Shown one piece after another: positions 55,648-64,000 of a stretch of 64,000 bases of DNA. The stretch spans positions 453-64,452 of the forward strand of contig CAXGSM010000004.1 in the NCBI GenBank assembly GCA_964012435.1, given 5' to 3'. Each line of letters begins with the position of its first letter. The stretch's first letter is position 1. The DNA is from an uncultured bacterium (GTDB lineage: Bacteria > UBP7 > UBA6624). The notes under the pieces are model-generated. The model saw only the letters and a list, made by a program, of their open reading frames with translations, ran no database searches and was not told the DNA's origin. Both the position numbers and the translations under genes were made by a program.

Positions 55648-57009
55648 ATGAAAAAAATGGTTGTTATAAGCCTTGACGGTGTACCTTTGACGGTTTTGAA
55701 GAGTTTCTTGGAAAGAGGGTTGATGCCAAAATTGAAAAAGGTGATTGCTGAAAGCGGTTTTGATCCAGTGGAGATCAAATCAGTTCACCCTTGTGAATCT
55801 GCAACTGCTTGGACTAGCTACATGACTGGCAACAACCCTGGCAAACATAATATTTATGGTTTTGTTGATAGGCATGTTGCTAGCGAGAAAAAGGGAATGT
55901 ATATAGTTAACTCTAGCTATAGAGATGGAGACAGCCTGTGGAAGATTCTGTCTGACAATGATTTAAGGCCTGTTGCAATCAATGTTCCTCTCAACTTTCC
56001 TCCAGAGAATGTAAACGGAGTGGTTGTAGGAGGGTTTCTTTCTCCACCTGGTAACAAAGGGATCGTTCATCCTCCTCACTATGAAGGTTATTTGAATGAA
56101 GTTGGCTACAAGCCAGATCCAGACAACAGCCTTGTGAAAAAGGATTTGCATGCCTGGTATGAAGACCTTGTCAAAACTGAAAGTGTGAGGATTGATTTTT
56201 CAAAAAAAATATTTCAAGAAGAGAAGTGGGATTTTTTTCATTTGCATGTAATGGGAACTGACAGGCTGCATCATTTCTTATGGGAAAAATGGGAAGATGA
56301 TGATCCCTTTTGGCGAAAGAAATTTGAAGATTTTTATTCTGAAATAGATTCACAAATTGCTTGGTTTTTTGAGAAGGGTAAGGATTGTACTTTTGTGATG
56401 CTTTCAGACCATGGGTTCTGTGGCACCAGGTATGAGCTCGACTTAAATGCATGGCTTATCGAAAGATCATTATTAAAGCTAGAAGAGGGTTCATCATCTT
56501 TTAGCCCCTTGATGCTTCCTGAAACTAAAGCTTTCTCTTTGCTTCCAGGAAGGATTTATCTAAATCTGAAAGGTAGAGAAAACTTCGGGACTGTTTCTAA
56601 AAAGGATTATGAAAGCATAAGGGAAAAAGTTCGTCTTGACCTTTTGCAAATCAATGACCCTTCTGGAAAAAAAGTTTTTAGAGATGTTTACAACAGAGAA
56701 GATGTTTATTTTGATGATTTTTCAAATGAGGATTTTTTCCTTAGCGAAGATAAGAAAGATGTTACAAAATATGACTTAGCGCCTGATTTGATTTGTTTTC
56801 CTGAGGATGGTATTGACCTGAAGGCAAGTTTTGAGTCAGGATCAGAGGTTTTTTCACATTCTCTTATTACTGGAATGCATACTTTCGACAATGCTTTTCT
56901 GTGGGTTTCAGACAAACAGGCTGAAGAGGGATCCATCCTTGATATAGCCCCATCTGTACTAAAGAGAATGAAGATTAAATTTAGAATGGATGGAAAGGTT
57001 ATATTTTGA
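55648..57009 (+). CDS. Alkaline-phosphatase-superfamily enzyme (type I phosphodiesterase/nucleotide pyrophosphatase family)
   Basis: VVISLDGVP, HPCESATAWTSYMTGNNPGKHNIYGF, HVMGTDRLHH and MLSDHGF. Confidence 0.8.
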   Translation: MKKMVVISLDGVPLTVLKSFLERGLMPKLKKVIAESGFDPVEIKSVHPCESATAWTSYMTGNNPGKHNIYGFVDRHVASEKKGMYIVNSSYRDGDSLWKILSDNDLRPVAINVPLNFPPENVNGVVVGGFLSPPGNKGIVHPPHYEGYLNEVGYKPDPDNSLVKKDLHAWYEDLVKTESVRIDFSKKIFQEEKWDFFHLHVMGTDRLHHFLWEKWEDDDPFWRKKFEDFYSEIDSQIAWFFEKGKDCTFVMLSDHGFCGTRYELDLNAWLIERSLLKLEEGSSSFSPLMLPETKAFSLLPGRIYLNLKGRENFGTVSKKDYESIREKVRLDLLQINDPSGKKVFRDVYNREDVYFDDFSNEDFFLSEDKKDVTKYDLAPDLICFPEDGIDLKASFESGSEVFSHSLITGMHTFDNAFLWVSDKQAEEGSILDIAPSVLKRMKIKFRMDGKVIF

Positions 57010-58790
57010 TAAAAAAAATTAGAAATTTTGCCATAGTTGCACATGTTGATCACGGAAAGTCAACACTTGCAGATCGAATACTAGAAATGACAGGAACTGT
57101 TGATTCCAGAAAAATGAGAAATCAATTTTTAGACAAAATGGATATAGAGAGAGAAAGAGGGATAACTATAAAGAGTCAAACTGTAACCGTTTTTCATGAC
57201 TACAATGGTGAAAATTATCAACTTAATCTTATTGACACACCTGGACATGTTGATTTTACATATGAGGTTTCAAGAGCTCTTGCTGCTTGTGAAGGAGTGG
57301 TTCTTTTGATAGATGCATCACAGGGCATAGAGGCTCAAACGGTTGCCCATTTTGAGCATGCAAAAAAGTTAAATTTGAAGATAATTCCATGTTTGAATAA
57401 ATGTGACTTGCCTAACCTGGATATGAATGATGCCATTATTGATGCTGCAGATTATTTAGATGTTGACCCAGATGACATCATGCAGATTAGCGCAAAAAGC
57501 GGCTTAGGGGTCAAGGAGCTTCTTGAGCAGATTATTTTGAAAGTTTCCGCGCCAAAAACAACATCAGAGTATTTTAGAGGATTGGTTTTTGATTCAGAAT
57601 ACGACAGTTATCGTGGTGTTATAGCACATATAAGAATCATTGATGGCGAGATTCGGAAGAATGAAAAACTCAGTCTTATTGGGACGAACACAAACCTAGA
57701 TGCTCTGGAGATAGGTTATTTCAGAGATTCAAAAGTTTCAAAAGAGGTTCTTTCATGTGGTGAGGTTGGTTATGTTGTTACAAATTTAAAAAACATCAGC
57801 GAATGTCGTGTTGGTGACACCATTGCTTTGAAAAAAAATGTGGAAAAAGTTAAAACCTTAGGAGGCTACGAGCCAGCAAATCAAATGGTTTTTTCAAGTT
57901 TTTATCCTGTGGATGGAAAAGATTTTGAAAAATTAAGAATCAGTGTTGAAAAACTATCTTTAAATGATGCTTCAATAACATGGGATGTTGAAAACAGCCC
58001 ATCTTTTGGATTTGGTTTAAGGATGGGTTTTCTTGGACCGCTCCATAAAGAGGTTATACAGGAAAGGATAGAAAGAGAATTTAATCTTGAGATCATATCG
58101 ACTGCCCCAACTGTATCTTATAAACTTGTTACAGCAGATAAAAGTTCACATCATATAAAAAGAATTAGAGATATACCTTATGACAAGAATATACGTGAAT
58201 GGATGGAGCCAATAGTTGATGCAACTATTTCTTTCCCAAAGGATTATCTAGGGAAGGTCATGGAATTGGTGCAAAAGAGAAGAGGCTCTTTTTCCTCAAT
58301 GGAAAATAACGGTTACAGAGTTTTTGCAAAATATGAAATACCTTTGGCCGAAGTTGTGAATAACTTTTTTTCAAATTTAAAATCAGCAACTCAAGGATAT
58401 GCTGGTTTAGATTACAAGTTTTCAGGATGGAGAAGTTCCGACCTTCAGGTTGTAGAAATACATGTAGCTGGAAATTCGGTCGAAGCTTTAGGGGGGATAA
58501 TCCCAAAAGATGATATTTATTCTTTCTCAAGATCGCTTGTTGACAAGTTGGCTAAAGAGATACCAAGGCATCAGTTTAAAGTGCCTGTGCAAGCTTTTTC
58601 TGGCGGAAGAATAGTTGCCGCTAAAACCATTCCTCCTTACAGGAAGGATGTTATAGCCAAGTGTTATGGTGGTGACATAACGAGAAAAAGAAAACTTTTA
58701 GAGAAACAGAAGGAAGGAAAAAAACGACTGAAGCAGGTTGGAACAGTGGCAATACCACAATCAGCCTTGCTTTCAATTTTAGATCTATGA
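57006..58790 (+). CDS. lepA: Elongation factor 4 (LepA)
   Basis: IRNFAIVAHVDHGKSTL, DTPGHVDF and NKCD. LepA-specific C-terminus ..CYGGDITRKRKLLEKQKEGKKRLKQVG. TTG start overlaps the previous stop (TTGA). Confidence 0.96.
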   Translation: MIKKIRNFAIVAHVDHGKSTLADRILEMTGTVDSRKMRNQFLDKMDIERERGITIKSQTVTVFHDYNGENYQLNLIDTPGHVDFTYEVSRALAACEGVVLLIDASQGIEAQTVAHFEHAKKLNLKIIPCLNKCDLPNLDMNDAIIDAADYLDVDPDDIMQISAKSGLGVKELLEQIILKVSAPKTTSEYFRGLVFDSEYDSYRGVIAHIRIIDGEIRKNEKLSLIGTNTNLDALEIGYFRDSKVSKEVLSCGEVGYVVTNLKNISECRVGDTIALKKNVEKVKTLGGYEPANQMVFSSFYPVDGKDFEKLRISVEKLSLNDASITWDVENSPSFGFGLRMGFLGPLHKEVIQERIEREFNLEIISTAPTVSYKLVTADKSSHHIKRIRDIPYDKNIREWMEPIVDATISFPKDYLGKVMELVQKRRGSFSSMENNGYRVFAKYEIPLAEVVNNFFSNLKSATQGYAGLDYKFSGWRSSDLQVVEIHVAGNSVEALGGIIPKDDIYSFSRSLVDKLAKEIPRHQFKVPVQAFSGGRIVAAKTIPPYRKDVIAKCYGGDITRKRKLLEKQKEGKKRLKQVGTVAIPQSALLSILDL

Positions 58791-59482
58791 AGCCTGGTTT
58801 TTTGCTTGTTGACAAGCCTTCAGACCATACAAGCCATGATGTTGTTGCGAGAATTAGAAAAAAGATTGAAATAAAAAAAATTGGACATTGTGGAACCTTG
58901 GACCCTTCAGTTACTGGTTTGCTTGTTTTGGCGGTAGGTAGGGAGGCAACAAAGCAAAGTGCTTATATAACTGGTCTAGAGAAGGTTTATTTCGGGCAAG
59001 GTAAATTAGGTGTTGAAACCCCTAGTCAAGATCTTGATACTGAGCCGATATCAGTTAAAGATGCTAGCCATGTGACTATGAAGAGCCTGGTTGATTCTGC
59101 CACCACTTTTGAAGGAACGATAATGCAAAGACCTCCAATGTTCTCTGCCGTTAAGAAAAATGGTGTCCCGCTATATAAGCTTGCTAGAAAAGGTTTGAAT
59201 GTTGATAGGGAAAGGAAAGAAAGAGAGGTTTATTTCTTCAGAATTAAAAATTTAAAATTACCTTATTTCGATTTCGAAACAAAGGTGTCAAAGGGGACGT
59301 ATGTAAGAACATTGGTAAATGATATAGGGTTAAATTTAGGGTGCGGCGCAGTTTTGTCTCAATTGAGAAGGGTTAGCTGCGGTCCTTTTGACATAAGTGA
59401 TTCTCATACATTGGATTATTTGCTTTCTGTTGAAAAAAAACAAATAGAGTCATTGATTATCGGATCACAGATTAAGATGTAA
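58787..59482 (+). CDS. truB: tRNA pseudouridine-55 synthase, short form without PUA domain
   Basis: GFLLVDKPSDHTSHDVV, and GHCGTLDPSVTGLLVLAVG with the catalytic Asp. Only 231 aa. Confidence 0.9.
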   Translation: MKPGFLLVDKPSDHTSHDVVARIRKKIEIKKIGHCGTLDPSVTGLLVLAVGREATKQSAYITGLEKVYFGQGKLGVETPSQDLDTEPISVKDASHVTMKSLVDSATTFEGTIMQRPPMFSAVKKNGVPLYKLARKGLNVDRERKEREVYFFRIKNLKLPYFDFETKVSKGTYVRTLVNDIGLNLGCGAVLSQLRRVSCGPFDISDSHTLDYLLSVEKKQIESLIIGSQIKM

Positions 59483-59483
59483 T

Positions 59484-60464
59484 ATGTATATTGTGAATTT
59501 TTTAAGATTGTTTTTTTTGCTTTTGTTTTTTAATTCATGTGCGAAGACTGCAACTGCCGGACAGGGAAGCGTCACTCTTGTAGATTTAGAAATGGGTTTT
59601 AGGGGCAATGTCAACCCATATAATTATTTTTATTATTTTGCTTTCATGCTTGAGGAAAATGTTGAAGCAGTCAAAGAGCTTGGTTTGCTTGGACAGAACA
59701 CTCTTGTTTTAAAAAAGCAAGATGGTTCTTTTTTTGATTGCGTTAATGATGATTGCACTCAGATGCTTGCAAATCTTCCTGTAAAAATAATTCATCCTAA
59801 TATTTCAGATTTCACGTCTGTAATTACTGATATAGACATTCTTGCGTCGACAATTACATTAGAGCACACTTTTTCGGAGGAGATTCCAATAGATTCTTTG
59901 GTTTATTTGGGGTTAGGTGATAACCTAGCTCCAGCAGCTAGTGTTTTGACTCCAAATCGTGGAGAGTATTGGACAAGGTATCTGCTTTATGTAGCTGATT
60001 CAGACCTTACTGGAGGACAGCCAAAATTTCTTCATGGAACAGGGGGTAAAAAAATAGAGGGAACCGAGGAGGTTGATTACATTTACCAACCGCCTTCCGA
60101 TCTTGATTTTTTGACTGACTGGTATCAATCAGCTGAAGTATATGGGCTTGATCATTATGAGGCAGAAAGCACTTCTTCAAATGCTATTAGGTTCACATTA
60201 AGGCTCGATGAATGGCTTGGCGATGTCGATACTTTTAAATTTCAGATTCTGGTTAGCTCAGGCGGAGGTGTTGACTTTGTGACAAATGAGCCAGGAAATG
60301 AAACGGGATTTAATATTGATTGGTTGGATCCATACGTAATCGAATTGCCTTCAAGCCTGATTAAAGGTTTTGAGTATAGTGAAGACTTGAACGGTATTGA
60401 AAATTCATTTGATACAAGTCAGTCTGCAGCTGATCTGATATGGTGGAGAGTTTACGTTAGATGA
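59484..60464 (+). CDS. Hypothetical lipoprotein
   Basis: 326 aa. LLLLFFNSC lipobox-like signal. Acidic, beta-rich, with no recognised domain. Confidence 0.6.
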   Translation: MYIVNFLRLFFLLLFFNSCAKTATAGQGSVTLVDLEMGFRGNVNPYNYFYYFAFMLEENVEAVKELGLLGQNTLVLKKQDGSFFDCVNDDCTQMLANLPVKIIHPNISDFTSVITDIDILASTITLEHTFSEEIPIDSLVYLGLGDNLAPAASVLTPNRGEYWTRYLLYVADSDLTGGQPKFLHGTGGKKIEGTEEVDYIYQPPSDLDFLTDWYQSAEVYGLDHYEAESTSSNAIRFTLRLDEWLGDVDTFKFQILVSSGGGVDFVTNEPGNETGFNIDWLDPYVIELPSSLIKGFEYSEDLNGIENSFDTSQSAADLIWWRVYVR

Positions 60465-61174
60465 AAAACTTTCTTGCAGATTGGCTAACATTTACTTTTA
60501 TCATTGCTGTTGTTTGGTTTGCAGGCAGGGGTTCAGGTTACATCAAAACTGAAAAAACATTTGAGCAAAAAGTCAGGATTGCAGCTATGGCTGACATAGA
60601 ACCAGAACAGATAGAGCTTTTGAGAATTGAGGGTATGTTTCACGAACCACCTAGGCTAGAGAGTTTTGAATTAAAAGCACCTAATGCAAATTTAGGGAGA
60701 ATAAAAATAAGAAATTTACATATCAATATAAAAAAAATGACCTTTGAAGAAGATGTGTTGGGAATTAATAACTATTCATTAAGTCAACTAGTACCCAAAG
60801 AGGCAAAGGCGGGAAAGATCAGTTTTGATTTGCTGTGGTCTGACCTGGAAACAAGCATATCTAAAATCATCAAAGACGCAGTACCAAAAGTTTTCTTTGA
60901 TAGAGAGGTAAGCCTTGAAAATATATCAGGACAATTACAGCTTGTAATTGGTAGTGCTGATGATATAGAGATGATACCCGCTGAGCTAATTATAGAAAAA
61001 GAAGGATTCATAAGGTTTAAAGTTTATCCAAATGGATGGCTTTTAAATGAGCTGCCAGAATCATTTAGGGATCAGGTTTTAGCTGAAATGCCAGGACATA
61101 AAGGTTTGGGCTGGGAGTGGAGTGAGGAATACCTTGAAGACTCTATTGTTTTTACAGGCTTGATTTCAAATTGA
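60461..61174 (+). CDS. Hypothetical N-terminally anchored protein (possibly DUF2993/LmeA-like)
   Basis: 237 aa. One TM segment (WLTFTFIIAVVWFAG). ATGA-coupled to the upstream lipoprotein gene. The family guess is weak. Confidence 0.55.
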   Translation: MKNFLADWLTFTFIIAVVWFAGRGSGYIKTEKTFEQKVRIAAMADIEPEQIELLRIEGMFHEPPRLESFELKAPNANLGRIKIRNLHINIKKMTFEEDVLGINNYSLSQLVPKEAKAGKISFDLLWSDLETSISKIIKDAVPKVFFDREVSLENISGQLQLVIGSADDIEMIPAELIIEKEGFIRFKVYPNGWLLNELPESFRDQVLAEMPGHKGLGWEWSEEYLEDSIVFTGLISN

Positions 61175-61191
61175 GCTCTTTTGTCAGATAG

Positions 61192-61656
61192 ATGGATATA
61201 AAAGATTATGGAAAATGCCCTAGTCAAAAAGAGATGGATGCTTATATTGGTTATTTTGAATCCAATTTAGATTCATGGAAAAGAAAGAAGATAATTACCG
61301 AAGATGTTGATTATGTTTTAAATTTTTCATCAAGAATTTTTAGAACATTGGCAAACGAGAGAGCCTTGACTCTTTCCTCTCATCAAAAAATTATAGAATC
61401 AAGTTTAGCGTACTTCTGCTGGCCAAATGATCTTATTTTGGACACATTAGGTCCAATTGGTTTTACAGATGATACATTTCTTCTTTGTTTTGTTTTCCTA
61501 AGCGCCTTTAGAGCTTCGGCAAAAGCATCAAGCGGCTTTAATCTTATTTTTGACAAATGTAATTTGATTATCGATAACTCAAAGTCTTACCTGGGGAGCG
61601 GGATAAAAAAACAGCTTGAAGCTTATGTTCAGCAATCTCTTGATGAACAGGAATAG
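61192..61656 (+). CDS. Hypothetical protein, DUF1232 (YkvA)-like
   Basis: LAYFCWPNDLILDTLGPIGFTDDTFLL resembles the DUF1232 block Y...P.DlIPD.iP.iGy.DD. Confidence 0.5.
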   Translation: MDIKDYGKCPSQKEMDAYIGYFESNLDSWKRKKIITEDVDYVLNFSSRIFRTLANERALTLSSHQKIIESSLAYFCWPNDLILDTLGPIGFTDDTFLLCFVFLSAFRASAKASSGFNLIFDKCNLIIDNSKSYLGSGIKKQLEAYVQQSLDEQE

Positions 61657-61669
61657 AATAGTAGCACTA

Positions 61670-62110
61670 ATGTCAGAAACACATAAAAGAATCGAGGAAG
61701 CCTTTAAATCTTCAAGGTTGAAGAAAGATCATTTTTCAATTCAAACTTTCAATATGCTTAGGGCACAGATAAAAAATGCACGAATTGAAAAAATGGCTGA
61801 TTTAACTGAAGAGGATGTGTTAAAGGTTGTGAAGAAAGAGTGTAAGCAACTCAACGAGTCAATGGAAGCATTTAAGCTTAGCGGATCAGAAGAAGGCTAT
61901 CAGGAATCCTCAAGGAGATATAAGCTTATTGAGCCGTTCCTTCCTGAGGAAGCTTCTGAGGATGTGATTGTTTCTGCTGTTGACGAAGTGCTTTCTTCGA
62001 CTCAAGATAAAAGTAATTTTGGCCCAATAATGGGTCAGGTCATGGCTAAGCTCAAAGGTCAAAATGTAGATGGAAAAAAGGTTCGAGAGATACTTCAAAG
62101 GAGAATTTGA
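61670..62110 (+). CDS. GatB/YqeY-domain protein
   Basis: 146 aa from ATG 61670. LRAQIKNARIEK, EDVLKVVKKECKQLNESMEAFK, and FGPIMGQVMAKLKGQNVDGKKV match the YqeY pattern. The track's 61616 start overlaps the upstream gene. Confidence 0.75.
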   Translation: MSETHKRIEEAFKSSRLKKDHFSIQTFNMLRAQIKNARIEKMADLTEEDVLKVVKKECKQLNESMEAFKLSGSEEGYQESSRRYKLIEPFLPEEASEDVIVSAVDEVLSSTQDKSNFGPIMGQVMAKLKGQNVDGKKVREILQRRI

Positions 62111-63582
62111 TGAAAAATTTGTTTTTTATTTTTATTGTTTTTTTTAGCTTTGCTTGTTCGTCTGAAAAAGAAGCTGTTCCCGGGGAGGGACAAGTGCAAA
62201 GCTTCAGTGAGGGAAAAGTTCCACAAGCCAATTTTGAAAATATAACTTATTCAGATGAAAAAATTGTTTATTTTTCAAGTAATTGGGAAAACAAAAGCGG
62301 AAGTGAAGCCTTTAACAGATTGATTAAGCCCTTGATTCAAAAGGATGTTGATATTGTTCTTGACTTTGTAACTGTTTATGAAAGTGACGAGAGGATCATG
62401 GAAGCATCAATGTGTTTGGATTCTGTCGAAAAGCAAAATGAATATAGGTCCAATGCCCTTGCTTCATATGATGCTTGGAGCTCTCTTGAAGGAGATGTGA
62501 TAAGCCTTGAATCTCTTTTGGGCTTGGCTACAGAAGGCGATAGGTCTTCTTTGGCAGCATGTCTTGAGAGTGGCATCAATGCCAATGATGCAAAATTAGA
62601 AAGAGAAATGGTTGTTAATGGCATTGTTAAAGGGGGTGACCTTGAGATACCTACCTCACATGGTTTAATCAGAACCAGAATGCTGCCATTCTTGATGGTT
62701 GGGCCTTATATGTTAGGTTCAAACATCGACACTGCACAGGTTTTAGAGCTTCTTGATAGCTTTGATAACAGTTCTGAATTCAAAAGATCTAAGATTATTG
62801 TTGTTGAGGGTGATTGTGATGGCTGTAGAGTTCAAAATTTTGTAAACAAAATAGCCGGAGCTTTTGGAGTTGAGTATATTGAGTGGAGGGTTTCTGGAGA
62901 CCCTGTGGGTGACCAGTATCTTGATGCATATGAATCAGATGTTCTTCCATTGATAATGCTTGAGAATGTAAGCGTTCCAAGGAATGTCGAGGAATTTATT
63001 GAAAAACACGGATCTTTCTCGATTCTTTCAGGAACATTATATGAAGGTGTCTATAAGATGAAGAATTTAGACAAGATAGAAGGGGGGCATCTTGAGGGCT
63101 CTCCCGATGCGCCAACTTTGCATGTGTTTGAAGACTTTGAATGTCCAGGCTGTGCAGCATTCAACATTAGGGAGTATCCTGCATTGAAAAAAACCTTTAT
63201 AGATACAGGTCTCATATCCCATTCTTTCCATCACTATCCATTGCCAATGCATCAAAATGCTTATGAGGCAGCAATTGCTTCTGAGTGTGCGTATGAGCAA
63301 GGTAAATTTTGGGAGTATAAGGATAAGTTATTTGCGAATCAGAAATCTCTTTCTGGTAGTGATTTAGTTAGATACGCAACAGAGGTTGGTTTGGATATAG
63401 AGAAATTTAGATCTTGCAAGAATGGAACAAAGGCAAAAGATAGGGTCAACAAGGACAAAGAGATCGGTCAGTCTTTATCTCTTCCAGGCACTCCAGCATT
63501 TATTTTTCCTCCCTACAAGCTTGATTCAAGCTCATTGGGCTACTTGCCATTTTTAATTGATCTTGTCTCGGAAGAAAAATGA
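62110..63582 (+). CDS. Lipoprotein with C-terminal DsbA-like thioredoxin domain (CPGC) and an additional upstream CDGC motif
   Basis: FFSFAC lipobox-like signal. The DsbA-like block is GSPDAPTLHVFEDFECPGCAAFN with LPGTPAFI (cis-Pro loop). A second CxxC lies at EGDCDGCRV. ATG 62110 shares one nt with the YqeY stop. Confidence 0.7.
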   Translation: MKNLFFIFIVFFSFACSSEKEAVPGEGQVQSFSEGKVPQANFENITYSDEKIVYFSSNWENKSGSEAFNRLIKPLIQKDVDIVLDFVTVYESDERIMEASMCLDSVEKQNEYRSNALASYDAWSSLEGDVISLESLLGLATEGDRSSLAACLESGINANDAKLEREMVVNGIVKGGDLEIPTSHGLIRTRMLPFLMVGPYMLGSNIDTAQVLELLDSFDNSSEFKRSKIIVVEGDCDGCRVQNFVNKIAGAFGVEYIEWRVSGDPVGDQYLDAYESDVLPLIMLENVSVPRNVEEFIEKHGSFSILSGTLYEGVYKMKNLDKIEGGHLEGSPDAPTLHVFEDFECPGCAAFNIREYPALKKTFIDTGLISHSFHHYPLPMHQNAYEAAIASECAYEQGKFWEYKDKLFANQKSLSGSDLVRYATEVGLDIEKFRSCKNGTKAKDRVNKDKEIGQSLSLPGTPAFIFPPYKLDSSSLGYLPFLIDLVSEEK

Positions 63583-64000
63583 AAAAAATAATAAATTTAT
63601 CTCTCTTGTTTGTTCTCGCATTTGCAAAAGGTGACGCAACACTTCCAGAAACTCCATTTTGGCCCATGGCGATAGGGAATAAATGGATTTATGAGTTTAA
63701 AGGGAACCTGACAAGCTCTGTGGTGAATTCGTCATTTGAAATAGAAATTGTTGACAGGGTTATAAAAGATGGTTATACATATTGGCTCGTTTCAGGATAC
63801 CCTGGAAAATTAGGCCCCTTCAAGCAAGAAACCTTAAAAGTTAGATACAACTCACAAATAAAAGGCTACCTTTACAGAACACCTTCGGGGGACGAGCTTC
63901 CGTTCTTGCCTTTTGACCCTGAAGGTGCTAGAACCTACAAGGTTGCTTCAGGAAATGCTGAAGGTTGGGATTTAGCAAACTCTATGAAGTACCACGTATG
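63579..64000 (+). CDS. Hypothetical secreted protein (partial; continues beyond right edge)
   Basis: ATG 63579 (ATGA overlap with the upstream stop). My translation is MKKIINLSLLFVLAFAKGDATLPETPFWPMAIGNKWIYEF.., open to the window end. It is absent from the ORF track because it has no in-window stop. Confidence 0.6.
   Translation, partial: MKKIINLSLLFVLAFAKGDATLPETPFWPMAIGNKWIYEFKGNLTSSVVNSSFEIEIVDRVIKDGYTYWLVSGYPGKLGPFKQETLKVRYNSQIKGYLYRTPSGDELPFLPFDPEGARTYKVASGNAEGWDLANSMKYHV

Noticed and set aside
52221-57009. Lon-like protease plus a nearby alkaline-phosphatase-family protein as a BREX-like (BrxL + PglZ) defence remnant
   Set aside because: No methyltransferase (PglX), BrxC ATPase or BrxA/B is present. 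The AlkP-family protein is a 453-aa type I phosphodiesterase, not PglZ-sized. An opposite-strand gene separates them. The Lon-like protein has LonC/AAA_32 features rather than BrxL features.
1-64000. Searched by eye for tRNA, rRNA, CRISPR repeats, IS elements, integrases, prophage genes and compositionally odd islands
   Set aside because: None was found. Every stretch longer than about 85 nt is covered by a plausible coding sequence, and the only notable DNA repeat is the 45-bp tandem in rplC. A tRNAscan, Infernal or CRISPR-finder run would be needed to make this definitive.

Overview
This is an AT-rich, very compact bacterial chromosomal segment using the standard code with ATG, GTG and TTG starts. 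About 77 protein-coding genes account for nearly all 64 kb. Most neighbouring genes overlap by 1-11 nt or sit less than 15 nt apart, and several convergent pairs overlap or abut at their stop codons. I recognised no rRNA, tRNA, CRISPR array, transposase, integrase or phage gene. It therefore reads as core chromosome of a genome-streamlined bacterium. I cannot assign the lineage from sequence alone. Content from left to right:
- A partial secreted CBM9-like protein coupled to an NPP-type phosphodiesterase (minus strand), then an aldo/keto reductase and ileS.
- A single 32-gene ribosomal super-operon at 6382-21237: rpsL-rpsG joined directly to rpsJ...rplO-secY-adk-infA-rpmJ-rpsM-rpsK-rpoA-rplQ-rplM-rpsI. 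It has no fusA, tuf, rpmD, map or rpsD.
- cdaA-cdaR (c-di-AMP), acpS, two glycosyltransferase-like genes, nadE and an M20 amidohydrolase.
- A string of tocopherol-cyclase-like protein, halogenase-like flavoprotein and Delta9-type desaturase, with a convergent alpha/beta hydrolase.
- gcvT-gcvH-gcvP-lplA.
- A fumarase/aspartase-family lyase, a NYN-domain protein, a DASS/SLC13 transporter with TrkA-C domains, an Mrp-like ATPase, PBP1A and tyrS.
- icd-sucC-sucD, and korA-korB-CPBP protease on the minus strand.
- A LonC-like protease, a second alkaline-phosphatase-family enzyme, lepA and truB.
- A translationally coupled run of uncharacterised envelope proteins.

I found no convincing defence island or mobile element. 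The most system-like unexplained pieces are the 27.5-31.4 kb lipid/isoprenoid tailoring string and the lipoprotein/Dsb-like string downstream of truB. Other oddities are degenerate catalytic motifs in the Lon-like and Mrp-like proteins, a perfect 45-bp tandem repeat in a tail on ribosomal protein L3, and two palindromes in divergent promoter regions. All domain calls come from reading motifs by eye and need HMM or BLAST confirmation.
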